From Selaginella moellendorffii (lineage: Eukaryota; Plantae; Lycopodiophyta), in contig NW_003314388.1 of NCBI RefSeq assembly GCF_000143415.4, positions 186,001 to 250,000 of the forward strand: 64,000 nt of DNA, in the 5' to 3' direction. Of the stretch, positions 25,039 through 39,600 are shown one piece after another. Numbering within the stretch: the first letter of the stretch is position 1; every line of letters starts with the position of its first letter. A model generated the notes under the pieces. The model had not been told where the DNA came from, did not search any database, and saw only the letters and a program-made list of their open reading frames with translations. The position numbers and the translations under genes were made by a program.

Positions 25039-25234
25039 TGTAAGCAACCAAAGGGAACGACTTGAGAGACGATCCACGGGGTTCAAATATAGAGGGAAAG
25101 GGCCCATGAACAAGAGTGCACCCCCTTTTCCAATCGGTTAAGGGTCTTGGGATACTTGGGGTTAAGCGTCCTTGGGTTTGAATAGTACTGGGCTGGGTGA
25201 CCTCCCGGGAAGTCCAAATTCAGGAGCGTTTACA
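25039..25234 (+). mobile_element. 196-bp solo LTR containing 5S rRNA internal control region (Cassandra-like TRIM)
   Basis: Absent from the intact sister element; TGTAA...TTACA termini; TSD GAGAC (25034-25038, 25235-25239); gttaagcgtccttgggtttgaatagtactgggctgggtgacctcccgggaagtcc matches the plant 5S A-box/IE/C-box segment. Confidence 0.85.
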
Positions 25235-25280
25235 GAGACAAATGTCTCAGAGCGGGGATTTGAATGAGAGGATTCGGATG

Positions 25281-25494
25281 GAGAAGGAAGTGAGAGATTG
25301 AATTGGGGATTTCGGCCAGAGTTCCCAAAGAAGGGGGAAACTCGAAGAGAGGAGTGAACAAAGTTGTTATAGGAGAACTCAGCAAGGGAGAAGGAAGTGA
25401 GAGATTGAATTGGGGATTTCGGCCAGAGTTCCCAAAGAAGGGGGAAACTCGAAGAGAGGAGTGAACAAAGTTGTTATAGGAGAACTCAGCAAGG
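25281..25494. repeat. 107-bp tandem duplication inside the integrase of the decayed chromovirus
   Basis: gagaaggaagtgagagattgaattgggg...gagaactcagcaagg occurs at 25281 and again at 25388; single copy in the intact element. Confidence 0.9.
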
Positions 25495-28400
25495 GGAAGG
25501 ATATCGAACCAGTCATCCTGATGATAGTTGATGAAGCACCTCAGGAATTGTTCTAACGTCTGAATTGTTCACTCGGACTATCCATCAGTTTGAGGATGAT
25601 ACGCCAAAGAGAGGTTGGCCTTCACTCCAAGCAGCTGCAAAAACTATTGCCAGAAACGAGAGATGAACTGAGGTCCCCGATCCAAAACCACATCTGCAGG
25701 AGTCCCATGAAGTCAGAAAATTTCCCTGAATACTAGTTTTGCCATGTCCTCGCCCGAAAACTCCTTGGTACACGGCAGGAAGTGTGCCATCTTTGTGAAG
25801 CGATCCACCATGACTAAAATGCTGTTGAAGCCTCCAGAACTCGGAAGATCACTCAAGAAATCCATGGAAATGGATTCCTAAGGACCTGAGGGGACAGGGA
25901 GGGAACGAAGCAAACCTGAAGGAAGGTGGCGAAGTATCTTATTTTGGGCACAAGTGTCACAGGAGGTAACAAAAGTTTTGATGTAGTCGTCCATGTGAGG
26001 CCACCAAAAGTCCCGTGCAACCAGCTCATAGGTCTTTGCGATGTCGAAGTGACCAGCAGTCGGGCTATTGTGGCACGCCATCAGGACCAACCTTCGAGCA
26101 TCACCTTTAGGAATGTAAAGCTACTCCCCACGGTACAACAAGTCATCTAAGAACTCGAACTCATCAAACTGCCGGCAGTCGAGAGTCACTGGGTGTCCAG
26201 CCTGAAGATGGGGAAAAATGTCACTAGCGAGGTCATCGGATTGAAGATCGTTTCTGATCGCATCCATCAAGGAGGAGTCCTGAGGGGCCAGGGAAATTGC
26301 CATAACTTGAAGCCGATCAGGACCACAGATAACTTGATCTTGTTGATTGAAGGCAGGATTACCAGGCCTGAGACTAAGATAGGAGCGCCTTGAAAGAGCA
26401 TCAGGAAGGCCTTGAAGCTTTCCAGGTCTGTACCTGATAACAAAGTCAAACTAACTCAAGAATTGTGCCCACCTTGCTTGACGACGGCTCGAAACTTGGG
26501 AAGTGGCAAAGTACTTGAGATTTTTGTGATCTGTCCAGACTGTTGTTTGATGGCCTGCCCTCTCCAAGAAACAGCGCCACTCTCCAAAGGAATCCACGAT
26601 GGCAAGGAGCTCCTTGTCGTGGATTTCGTAATTGATCTCCGCAAGCTAGAATTTTCGAGAATGGAAAGCGATCAGATAAAGTTCGTGATCCACTCCAAGT
26701 TGAGACAGCACAGCACCAATGGCAAAGTCGGAGGCGTCAGCCTCGATGAAGAAAGGTTGTGAGGGATCAGCGTGGATCAAGACGGGAGCAGAACTGAAGG
26801 TCGCCTTGAGTGTGTCGAAAGCCTACTGGGTAGCAGTAGACCAAGAGAAGGGAACATCCTTGTGAGTGAGATGCGTGAGAGGAAGGACAATGTCAGAGTA
26901 GTGATCAATGAATTTGCGGTAAAAGTTGGCGAAGCCAAGGAAAACCTAAACATCCGACATTGATTGTGGAGGCTCCCATTCGAGAATAGTCTTGACTTTG
27001 GCAGGATCCATCGTGATACCCTCAAGAGTGACAATATACCCAAGGAACTCCACAGACTGCTGATCGAAGGAACATTTCTCAAGCTTCGCATATAGGCCGT
27101 GTTCTCGCAGCTTCGCCAGCACCTTGCGTACATGTTTGTTGTGCTCCTCTTGAGTTTTTGAGTAGATGAGGATGTCATGAAGGTAAACAATCACCATCTG
27201 ATCAAGAAACTCTCAAAAGACGTTGTTTGCCATGTGTTGGAAAACTGTTGGAGCATTTGTCAAGCCAAATGGCATGACAGTGTACTCGAAGTGGCCATAG
27301 CGGGTTCGGAACGCAGTCTTCCATTCATCACCAGGCCGGATCCAGATCAGGTTGTATGCTCCACGGAGGTTGATCTTGGTGAAGAAGCGGGCACTGCCGA
27401 GGTGTTCCAACATGTTTGAGATCAGGGGCAGCGGATAATGGTTCCGAATAGTCACCTTGTTCAAACCTCGGTAGTCGATGACTAGCCGCAAACTCCCATC
27501 CTTCTTCTTGACAAAGAAGACAGGCGCTCCAGCCGGGGACTGCAAATGCTGAATGTACCCCGAGGCAAGGTTCTCATCCACGTACTCTTTGAGGGTGTTA
27601 AGCTCGGACGGGGATAACCCATAGATAGGCTCCCACGGAGGTGACGCTCCTTCCTGTAAATTAACAGGACAGTCATAAGGCCGATGAATAGGCAGTACAC
27701 TAGCTTTTTTCTTGTCAAACACATCCCCAAAATCATGATACTTCTCAGGAAGACTGACAGGAGAAACATGCAAAGCAAAACGGAAAATAGGTTCTTCATG
27801 AAGGAGTTCTTTCATAGTGATTGTGGAGATAGGAGGAGGCGTACGACTAAATGGAATGATGAGACGAGGATACTGTCTAGTGTAAGATGGAGGAGAGGAA
27901 AAAGAAGAGGGTGAAACCTTCATAGAGTCAAGAACAAAACCCTGATTTGAGTTTAGGGAACTTTTCCTGATTCGGACTCAATGAACAGTAAGGGAAGCCG
28001 TAGGAGATGGTGATGTGGGAGAGATGAGCTGTAATTCCTTCCAATAAATCTGAGGCTGATGTAGTTGGAACCAAGGAAGACCGAGCACCACAGAGGAGGA
28101 CTTGCTATTGATGATGTTGAAGGTGATATCGGTGACAGTGGACCTGATGTGTACTCGAACGGGCAACATTTCCCTAAGTCCAAAAGATGGAGACACAAAA
28201 TGCCCGCCGATGCCTTCAACCCTAAGATCCCGTATGGTAAAAGAAAGAGGAACGTGATGTCGGGCAGCAAAGTCCATGTCCATGAAGCAGGAAGTTGCAC
28301 CCGAGTCCAGTAGCGCCAAAGCCTTGAGTCCTGATTGTCTGGTGAAAGAAAGGAGACATGGGACGCGGAAGTTGCGGGAATTGGTGGTGGCTTTGATAAA

Positions 28401-31400
28401 AGGTGGTGAGGAGCTTGATAAAGAAGAAAAGTGATTTTTATTCGGGGAGTCCAAACAGATAGCTCTTACTCTGTTTGGACAGGGTCGTTTCCTGACTGCA
28501 ACAAAGGTGGATTTTGAGGTAGAGTGAACTTGAGCAGTCGGGGAGGCTTCTTGGGACACATAGCTGCTTTGTGATTAGGATCAACACAGTAGAGGCAAAG
28601 ATTATGAGATATTCGACGTTGCTTCTCAGTAGGACTCAACTTCCCTTTGATGAGTTGGGGAGTACTAGAAATATCCATCGGGACCGAAACAGTAGGTTCA
28701 GGAGTATGCCCCGAAGACTCAAGTTGGGATTCCTGAGTCTAGGACGGAAAAACAGCGGTGCGGCAACTTTCTTGACGACGCTCAAAGAGACGATTGTCAC
28801 ATCGAACAGCTTTGTTGATGGCGTCCAACAGGTCCTTGGGATCCTCCATGGTGAGCAACAAATCCTTGACACTGTTGTTGAGGCCAAAACAAAATTGGTC
28901 AATTAGGGCCCACTCATCCCACTGAGTGTCCAAGGCAAGGAGTTGGAACTCTGCAATGTAAATCGAGGCAGGATGAGACCCCTGAGAGAGACGTCTCATC
29001 TTTGTGGTAGCAGCTCGAACCCGATCCATTTCGCCAAAACATGCTTTGAGCTTCTCTTTGAACAATTGAAGATCCATCAGCTCCGGAACCACAACCCCTT
29101 CATGCTCTTCTCCAGAAGAGAAGAAAACCATGACAAAATTGCACCTTTGAGCAACATCCCAATCGTGCCGATTTGAGACTCGGGAGTGGGGTACCGCTGA
29201 TGTTGAAGTGCGAAGATCAGCTCCATCTGGTTCAGGAATCCGCGAAGCTCTGAATGCTTGCCTGAAAATTTTGCTGGGAAACTCACCTTCGGTTCAGGAA
29301 CTTTGCTGGATCCTTGAGCCGAAAGTGAAGCAAGCTCCTACTGCATGCGAAGAAGGGTCGTCTTCAGCTCGGTATTCTCAGACTGGATTTTTGCAAGGAC
29401 TTCGGCAAAGAAATCAGGATGGCTTGGAAACTCCATCGGCAAAAAGAAAGAAAAAAGGGGAAAAAGGCAAAGGTAGTCAAACAATCAAAACAAGCTAAAA
29501 CAAAAAACGAAAAAACACAATCTGAATCAAACTATCAAGACCCCCAACAAGATCAAGACTGGAAAATGCAAAAGACAAAGAGAAAAGCTAGTGGAAACAA
29601 AAAAGAGGCTTTAAACTGGTGTTGATTCAAATTGTGGAGAAATGGAACAAGGCTAACCTATATATACTATAGGTTAATGAAACTCCACCACTCTTGGATT
29701 AAGGACGGCCTAAATATAGCTGAGGTTGAGGAGGCACCACATCATCACCAGGAATGTGGCTCAAGACTCAGGAATCATACAGAAAATTAGAGAGTTAGGA
29801 ATAGGGAAAAGTCTCGAGAGTCAAGAATAGGGAAGTGTCTCGAGAATCAGGAATGTGGTCTGCAGGTCAGGAATCCAGCTAGATTCAGGAATGTGGTATG
29901 AATTGGGGGATTCCTGACAGTTTGTATTTTCAATTGGTCTAAAGAAAAAAAAACAAAAAATAAAAAATGTATAAAGTAAAATTTACTCTAACAGCAATTG
30001 AATGAACACAAGATCATCTTAGTCATTCTTCAAAGTTACATGCTTCATAAACATTTCACTACACTACAATAATAAATTATTGGAGTGAGGATAACCTATC
30101 TTAAGTAAGGTGAGCCCATTCCTAGCTAAAATGGGTGAGTTAGTGACTTCTACCACCCCTTTTTAATGGTTACATCAGAATGAGAGAATATTTTAGAGAC
30201 TTGTGGTCATGATTCCAAAAACAATTCATCATACTTAAATTACTCTCAAAATTATTATATTAAGTTCAATTGCATAAGTAAAATATTATTGACAAGAAAG
30301 CCTACTATTTTTGTCATGAATTTTAGGTTTATATACCAAAGTTTATTCCTTCTATTTTTCCCACTTTTTAAGATCCTAGATCAACTACACACAAATATTT
30401 TTTTTAAAAGCACATAATTTTCTCATTTTTTCTGTTTTATCACCTATTGTGACTTTGTGATAACTTGCTGACACAATTGTTAAGATTCTATTCATTACAT
30501 CCTATGGCAATTGGTGATCACTTGATTATAAAGCCCTTTTTTATTTTACTAGTGCTCAACAATCCTCCCTTTGCTAGAGAATAATCATTTGCAATCATAT
30601 GTAAACCACTTTTTAGTTATTATGGTTCTTCTCTTAGGGTTTACCAAAATTTTCTCTAATTCTACCATATTGAATACTCCAAAATATTCCTACCCACTCT
30701 TCATTAATGAGAATTGAACTAGGTTCTAATACTAATATTATTGATACCTTTCATATGAACTTTGTTTAAACTCCTAATCATCCATTGTTACACCCTTAGA
30801 TCTGGTGGTAGTAGAGGAGATTCAAAGCATCTTTAGGAAGAAAGATAGAAATATGATCCAAATAATTTAGAAGTGCTCAATGATTTTTTATAGACAATAA
30901 CAAAAACTCAAAGACAACTTAACTCAAAGTTTAGCTTCCACTCTGGCCACTACTACATAGTACACTTTGAGCTCCACTTTGGGACTTAGGGATTTGTATC
31001 TTATAACTCTACCACCCATAGATGAAGTTAAACCATTTTCTAAGGTAACCCCATCATGGATCACCATTTTTATTCTTTGCATTAAACCATAATTTGTTAA
31101 TGATTTAACACCAAAACCTCACCATGCTTTACCCTTCCTTTAAAGAGTATAGTATTTCCAACTTAGAAATTTATTAAAACACTTGTGGTGATTTTCTCCA
31201 TTTCTTAGTTTAGTTCTTGCTAAACCTATTAGAGATACCTTCTCTGTCTCAATCTTACTACTTATTCTGGAGTAATCTAGACTATTATCAATAAAACCAT
31301 TGCACTTTGGAACTTTAATATTGACTTCTCAAGTCAATTTCCTAGATGTCTTCAACACCTTGCATTACACATGTTATATAAATTCCAGTTCCCCAATTTA

Positions 31401-34400
31401 GGAAATTCTCTATTTAAGGGCATCATTATCCCCTGCCACCCAAGGCACTAAGTTTCACTCATCTATAATTTATCCTAGGGTTGTCCAAGAGCTTACCAAT
31501 AGAAATAGCATTGTTTGAGTGGGATAACCTATCTTAGACTCTGAAGGGTCATCATTCCCATAGGCAACAAATGATTATGTGAAGGTAAGCTATGAGGTTG
31601 TTGAGTGATGAAGGTGATTTTTTATATCAATTTTTTTTGTTAATGTTTTTGGCTTTATATTGGATCTTGAGGGTGATTGAAGAAGAGTGTTAATGCAATA
31701 TATACCCTAAACCCTAAACCCTTATAAAGTGAAAAGAAAAGACATACTTTATATCACACTATAAACATAAAATTGATTAAATTATTAAACCATGTTATAT
31801 TGTTATTCTGAGTGCGAGTGCACTTTCTAGAATGTTGATATGGTATACAAGATCATTGTGAAAATAATTATTGATACACTTCATCTAAGCCCTATACCAA
31901 TGCTTATCATTAATAATTTGGAATATTGCTTTTGCAAACATCAAATTCAACAGACTTCCTCCTCCAAATAGGATCTTAGCTATTTATAATCTCATGTGTG
32001 ACAATAATAATCTCTATTGTCCTTAGCTTGCATAAAGAGATTAAAAATATATTGATATTCATTACGAAGCCATTCTATTTGAACAAGTTATATATGTTTG
32101 GGTTGACATACTTGGATGTTATATATACAAGGTTCATTTATTGCAAACAACAAAGAGGGATTTCTCTAATCAAGCCACTAAGGCTTGGCCACTTGAGCAC
32201 TTCAAATATTTGATGAAGTGTTTTTTCCTTTGTCCACATAATAGTTTCTGGGAACCGTTTATGCACTGCATTATCAGGAAGGTCTACAACTATTTTGGCT
32301 ATAATTTTTTTGTTATGTTCCCTATTGTGGTGGGTGATAATATAATCACTGAGGAATCCACGGCTAGAGTGAACTTGAATGGATAAGTGGAGTAACTTAG
32401 TGAAGCTCTAGCTCCCCTAGAAGATCATATAATCGATACTCCCAATCTAAGTATAGGTGGCATTACTTGGATACTTTGCATGGCTCATTGGAACCTCACT
32501 CTAACTACGTGCTTAGGGCACTCTAGTGGTAGAAGGTGAGGGGAGTACTCATGAGGCTTGTGTTTGGCTATAGTGTTTTGAAATGTCATCCTAAAGTCCT
32601 AAATCATAAAAAGAAAATGAGTGGTCCTTTTGCTTGGTGACTAAGAGTATAGTTATATGGTAAGTTTTAGAGGTTAGTGGATAGGCCTTTAAGCTCTAGA
32701 CTAGTAGTGGTGTTTGCGACTATTACTATGGTAGGAGAGGGATTTGGTGGGGACAAAATGAGGGATATGGAGGGATAGTGTTCCTTATATATCTTGAGGT
32801 ATCTTAAAGATGCTAAAGTGTAATCATGGGATGACCACTCACAGATAGACGCCCTAGCCTCAATGAGACAAGACTATGTTGTAGGTGGTCTTGGACTACT
32901 AATGGGACGAAGGCAAATGGATATAGCCCTAGCAGAATAGGTTGAAATGTTAGTGGTACCATTGGGTGTTGAAAATGAGATCGAACACATAAAGCACTTG
33001 AACTAAATGCAAAACTAATGTAGTCTTGAGATTACATTTGGGGGTAAACAAATACCCAGGTTGTGAGTGAGATTCCTTCAAGTGGTTAGGGACATGGTTA
33101 ATTGATTAAAGTAAAGTGGAAAATTTAGTCACTTACAACTTGGTATCAAAGTTATTCCTTAGTCCGACTCTTATTAGCAATCAAGTATATCACCATTTGA
33201 TATTGATATTTGAAGGTCCTAAAAGTGGGGCTATACTTAAGGAGTAGCATGTCAAGAGGATATGGCTCTCCATTTTAGTTCATGAACTGGTAGGTAATAT
33301 GGTGGATAGAAAGAGGCCAATAAAGGAACAACTTTAGGATTTTGAGAACAATAGAAGGTTTTGGAAGAGCTGTGTTATTTGCTCTAGTTTACCGCCCTAG
33401 GCAAATGCAGCAATCATCACGTTCCTCGAGACAACATCCTACAGTGGAATCTGGTCGAAGGTCCACTTGGTTCGCTCACCACTATGATCTCCTTAAAGAG
33501 TAGAGGATGTGATCTATATAAGCATTTGATTTAGTAAATTATTAAAATAGTTATGGTAAACAATTATAGTTTGGATCACATGAAGGATAGAGACTCCTAA
33601 ACGATAAAGAAGTTAAAAGATTATCCTTATATGGTTAAAGATAATGCTTATGAATTTAAAATTAGAAATGATGATTCTGGGAGGTCAAATATGGATGAGG
33701 ATATAAGTCTTTAAGATAGTAGTTGGGGGCTACCTCTAGAAAGTACTAGAATAACCTAAGGAATTAAGGATGTACTTAAAGGATGAGTTGATACTTTCAT
33801 CATATGGAAGGATAATTCTAAAAGGAAAAAGTAGCTTACAATTGTTGGAGAAGCACTTGCAAAGATGGTCTTTATGAATAGGCCAGAAATACAAGAAGTT
33901 GTATTCAAGTGTAATAGCATCTCAAAGGTAATAATGAGATTAAAATTTTATAGGTTATCAAATTAGTAAAGTCCAAAAATCTAGATGACTTAAAGGAGTC
34001 AAAAGATGGTCCCAAAGGCTTGGAGGAAATATATTTGGAATGAGATGTATTATGAGGTCTAAGTATATGAATAATAGGAATCTCATTGATGGCAGAAAGT
34101 GCCATATTAAAGTAGTAAAAAAGTATTCACAAAAAAAACAACTTTTGCGAAGAGTTGTATATAAACACTATTATCTTATCTCTTTCCCTTTCCTATTTTA
34201 TCCTCAAAATATATTAAAGATATCTAAATCTTTTTTTATAATCACGTGTGCTATCACCCCCTTTAGAGAAGTCAATGTCTTTATTAAATATTAACTAACA
34301 ACCCTTATTGAGCCAAGGGGAACTAACATCTCTATTTCCATACTAAATTTACCAATCCTTCAATTATGTAAAATAGTTATTTATTCACTCATATTGCAAG

Positions 34401-34567
34401 GATACCTTTTTTCATGGATGCTCCAAAAGAGGAAGGATGTATGCATGGATGCCTAATATATACACTTTTAAATTTAGAGGTAGGAATATATTTTATTCAA
34501 GGGTGTATTATATTTTAAATAGCTATTAATTAATGGGAATTGAACTTGTGTCATTTACTTTTATACC

Positions 34568-34880
34568 ACATATAACACACTTTTTCTCTCTCCTTTAAAA
34601 CTAACTGAAAAAGGGGTAATTTTTTGATGAGAGAGCCCTTTTTGGCTATTTTATACCTATTTATCTCCCAAGGTTCTATAGTGACAATATATTTAAATCT
34701 CATCCCATGACATACATTATCTTTAATACTACATATAATGCATCTTATCTCTCTCCTTTTAAATTAACTAAAAAAGGAGTAATTGCTTAATGAAAGAACC
34801 TTTAGTGGCTATTTTATCCCTATTTATCCCCTAAGGTTTTAAGGATTCTTGGTAATAGTATATTCAAATTTTATCTCATG
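34568..34880. repeat. Two diverged ~160-bp tandem units
   Basis: acatataa...tctctcctttaaaactaactgaaaaaggggtaat...ggctattttatacctatttatc repeated at ~34568 and ~34731. Confidence 0.7.
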
Positions 34881-35344
34881 ATCACATATGCTACAAATAT
34901 TAACCAATAGTTAACATAAAAAATGATAAATATAATGGTCTTAGCAAAAGATATGGACACAAGTGAAGTATATCATAAGGATATGCTTCTAAAGTTGATG
35001 GTGTGGAGACACCAAATATTTCAAAAGAAGATATATTAAGGGCAAGTTAGCTAGTTCATGAGAACCCCATGCCAAATAAACCCTAATGGGAACAAGATTG
35101 GTATAAACTAAGTTGGAAGGTATAAAATTTGTGTGTTTTGACCAAATATTGGTGGAAGTGTGAAAGCACCGGCAATGAGTTGTAAGATATGATAACTAAG
35201 AGGCAATTATATAATAGTTTCAAGTAAATGGTTGAAATAGTGGGAGTTAACTCTTTGATACTTCTTATTGAGATAAAAAGAAGGTTAGATACATCCTTTA
35301 AGAGATAATGTGTTTGTGTTACGATATAATGGGTCAATATCATA

Positions 35345-36625
35345 ATAGGAAATGCTCATTGTTTGGGAAGTCTATCATTGAAATATATAAGCACTTTAAA
35401 ATACTAAAGAAATGGTGTTTAATATCATGTGAGTATTAGATAAATCTCTAGAAAATAAGGGTTCACAGACACAAACAAAGGCTGGCCCTTTTCCATGGAG
35501 ACAAGCTAGAAAGGATCCTGGTGAACGAGTTGAATACAGGAGGTGCTGAAGACAGAAACTACCAATCTTCTAGAGCATCTTGGAACACTATTGACTCTTG
35601 CCCTTGCCCATTGGAAAACACCCCCAAATTTGGTGAATAGGAGGTACTATCTAATATCTAAGGTTGACAAAAGTTATAAATGAGATAAGTTCATTTATCT
35701 TAAATGGATAAAACCAAAAAGATTTTGGTATAGCTAGTAATGGGTATGTATAGGCTTATAAGTAGCAATGTTAATCCTAGTGTATAGAATTATCAGGTGA
35801 GTATATTTAGGTTGAGGAACCACTTCTTAAGTCATTGAATAAATTCATCTATAAGAATAATTGCTAAGTTATAGCAAGAAGTGCAAAACTATTCTCTTAG
35901 TAAGAATAAATTAAAGAAATATTTAGAGCCAAAAGTAGGTATTAATTTACCCAAAATTGTTTTTAGGAGCATTAAAGAGACTTTCTCCCTTAGCTTATTA
36001 AAGCCTTTTCTTTCACAAGCTTCTTACTTACTTTCCAATCTAATATGGACAATTCCATATTTTAAACCCTCCAAGGCATTATAGTTGCAAATAGCAACAC
36101 CCTCGAGCACCCATGTTATTTCCCACTCATAACTTGTATGACCACTTTGAGTTATATCTTTTAAATTCTATAGTTCAATTCAATTATAGTTCAATTCCCT
36201 TTACTATTTATTTTTAGCTCTATATGTTTTTTTAATTTATTCTTCTCCCTAGTTGGAGAATAGCTTTGCACTTCTTGCTATGCCTTAACAACTCTTCTTA
36301 TGGATAAACCTATTCAATGACTTAAGGAGTGGTTCTTTAACCTAGATATTCTCATTTAGTAATTTTATACACTAAAATTAATGTTACTACTCATGGGCTT
36401 CTCTATGTCAATTGCTAGGCATGCTAAATTTTTTTTGGCTTTATCTATTTAGGATAGATGAACCTACCCTATCTATAGCTTTCCTTGGACATTAGATAAC
36501 ACTTTATATTCATTATTCTCTAGAGATTTATTTAATGCCCTCATGATACTAAACACCATTTCTTTGGTGTTTTAAGGTGTTTATATATTTCAATGATGGA
36601 CTTCCTAAATAAGGAGTATTTTCTA
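35345..36625. repeat. Diverged inverted repeat (arms ~35345-35897 and ~36255-36625)
   Basis: aagaagtgcaaaactattctc / gagaatagctttgcacttctt, ccacttcttaagtcattgaata / tattcaatgacttaaggagtgg, catTGAAATATATAA...aaagaaatggtgttt / aaacaccatttcttt...ttatatatttcaatg; left arm has a ~180-bp extra segment at 35460-35640. Confidence 0.75.
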
Positions 36626-39600
36626 ACTTGTATAACTACTTTAGGTTATGTCTCTCAAATCTTATGATTCAATTCTATCCCTTTACTATTTAGAAAAATG
36701 AGTGTAAATGGTTTATAAGAATGTGTAAAATTATAGTGGTGTAGCAGAACCATTGCAAAAATCACTTAACAACTCTAAAATTTACAACCACAAATGGATT
36801 TAAAGAATAATTATTTTAACACAAAGTCTCATACTTTTACAAATTGATATGAATTTACCACTAGTGTAGAATGAAAACCTCTAAAAACTTTGTGCATACC
36901 ATTCTATTGTGTAGATTAATTATTCTATGTGAGGCAATTAGTCATTCACCCGTATTGTAGTCTAATGAAAAGGAAAGACATATGTATGGAACGATTTTAA
37001 ATTTAGGGGAAAAAAAAGTAAAAATAATAAAATAAAAATAAAATATTTTTTTTAAGTAGCCACTAATCAATGGGAATTGAACCCGTGTCATTTACATGAT
37101 TTTGAAGCTTGCCATGTGGCGAGGAGGTTGGGGAGATAGTTCCTAAATATTCAAAGAGATGTTTTTGAATGAAAATTGATATTTAAGGACTTTCACACTT
37201 ATATATAGAACCATATTACATTGGTTGCATGACTTGCTAAGTGAGATTGGCAAGTAAAAGGAACAAAAGCCTTAGTTGAAAATAATGACTTCAAGAGGGT
37301 AACCATAGGGTCAAATATAGAGGAGTTTATGCATAATCATAAGTTAGTCAATTAGTTTGTCAAGTGAAGGATTTGGAAGCTCGGAGAAGCTAGATTCCTA
37401 ATCTATAATTTATAGCATGTGTTATATATAAGTTAGTGCACAGGTGTGAGGAGTTATGCTAAGCATTTTGGGTAATGCTATCCGTAGATATATATATAAA
37501 AGTTGGGTTTGAATCCCAACCCTTTAATGTTTGGGTTTGAGTCCCAATACACTAAGGCTGATGATAGTTTGGAATATAAGAACATTCATTTTTCAATGGT
37601 CATGGACTTTTAGTAAAGAAATTGGCTTGAGCACACCACCAAGTAGGTGATCCTATGGTTAAACAAGGACAAGCTTTTTGTTAGATTAAAGAATATAGTT
37701 CTTAGTTCAAAATAGTGATTTGAACAAATGGTGTGGTATGACTTAGTTAATATGATCAAATGGGAAAGACATCTAGGTGAGATATGATATGACAATACAA
37801 TGGTAATGTGAGTCTAGGAAAGTAGTCTCTAAGGAAGGACTTATAAGATGGTCATAAAATTAGGCTGTAGATAGAGCTTAGAATGGAAAATGCTAAAGAG
37901 ATTTATGAACGGTAAACACCCCTTAGACTTAACAAAATAAAGTTTTAACTCAAAAACCAAAAAGATACCCTAAGGATGAAAGTAGTGATTTTGTGTTATC
38001 TTATGCTAACAGGTTATATGAAAGGAAATATGTTTCTTAGGATTCCCAAATGCTCAAATTCGGCAAAATGCCAAAGCTAAGTGTTAGTAATATCAATGTC
38101 CCAACTACACACTTTTTCAATTCAACAATTTACTCCAAGTGGTAACAAATTAACTAATAAGTTATAATAAATGAATATTATAACATTTTGAAAAACCTTA
38201 ATGGGAAAACCCTCAAAGAACCAAGGTACCAACACTTAACTTAGAATAATAGATCACTTTTAAAACTTAGTCAAAACTACTATAATACTACTATATGCAA
38301 GTAAATTAGTTTCACCATCAATCACTTTAGGGTTTATCATTGTTTGACTAAACAACTTTATAAACACATTACTCACAATCACATAGATATGATATAGTAA
38401 TCACAATGACTTAATCATCAATTTAGCAACACCACTAGCTAGCCCACATTATTACTTCAAAGGTTTATGTGAATATCAAGTGCCATGTCCATTCAACAAA
38501 ATGCAACATAATTATCCCCATCAATAAAGATTTATAACACCTAACACTACTAACTTCATTCAAAATATAGACAAATCTATATTACTATTTTTCTAATTAA
38601 ACTCAAAACTAATCCAATACCAAACTACTCAAGGAGCAATAGTAAGTTTCCTTGAAAAAGAATTAGCCATTGTAACCCAAGCCTTCCAATAACAAACTTA
38701 AACAAAATGATTTAACACTTCACTACTATCCATCTCATGATTCATTACTTGTAAAATCATTATAACCAATATGCATCATAATAGAAACTCTCAATTGCAT
38801 GATGCAAATATTAGGTATGGAATATGGTATTCAAAATCCATACCCAAAGGATGAGTGGGTACATATTTGGTTGCTATAACTTCACATATGTCCCTTGAGT
38901 ATAGATTTTGGTTATTATGTTCTATATATATAGATTTTGGTTGATGAACTTCATTTTGGTTTAGTTAATCCAAGCAGTCTAAGCAACCATGAGTATAGAA
39001 TTTGGTTGATAAACATCATTTTGATTTGGCTGAATAGACACTTTCCTTATGCTTGTTTGGTTAAGTATAGATGCTAAATAAAGTTTACTAACATTTGAAC
39101 AAGGATAAAGGGTTTAGTAATATCAATTTTTTACCGTCATGGCAGTAAAGAAAGAATATCCAAAAGGATTAATTGATTTGATACTTGCAATCATATTCAC
39201 TTAAATTAAACTTAGTATCTATAATTGACTAAATGAGCATAAAAAAGAAATTTCTAAATGTTTATTTATCCAAACATGGTCCAGTTTGCTAGCTCTTTTT
39301 TGCTTTGTCTTATATTGACTTGACAACAACCCTTGCATATTAGGCATCACTACATGATAATTTACAATGTTTGCCAAATGTTTTCACTACCTTAATTATC
39401 TGAGAAAATTTCTCTGAGACTACTTGTTTTAGTTCCATAAGTTATTTATGGAAAGTGCTTAGATATGTGATTTGGCCATATTTATGGAATGTAAAGATTG
39501 TCTTAAATAAAATAGTGTTGTTCCCATATCCAAACTTAAATATATGGTAAACCATAAATGCTATGAAGCAATATAATCTAAATGAAAAGCATACTGAGCA

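Larger units (their letters stand above)
24063..29919 (-). mobile_element. Second, decayed copy of the same chromovirus family
   Basis: LTRs 24063-24414 and 29533-29919; TSD GTTTG (24058-24062, 29920-29924); colinear with 16907-22506 but with many C>T/G>A changes, stops, a 107-bp tandem duplication and a nested solo LTR. Confidence 0.95.

Noticed and set aside
37070-37548. tRNA B-box-like motifs (gggaattgaaccc at ~37072 and ~34535; ggtttgaatccc-like x2 at ~37506-37545)
   Set aside because: No cloverleaf or A box recoverable; at most SINE/tRNA relics
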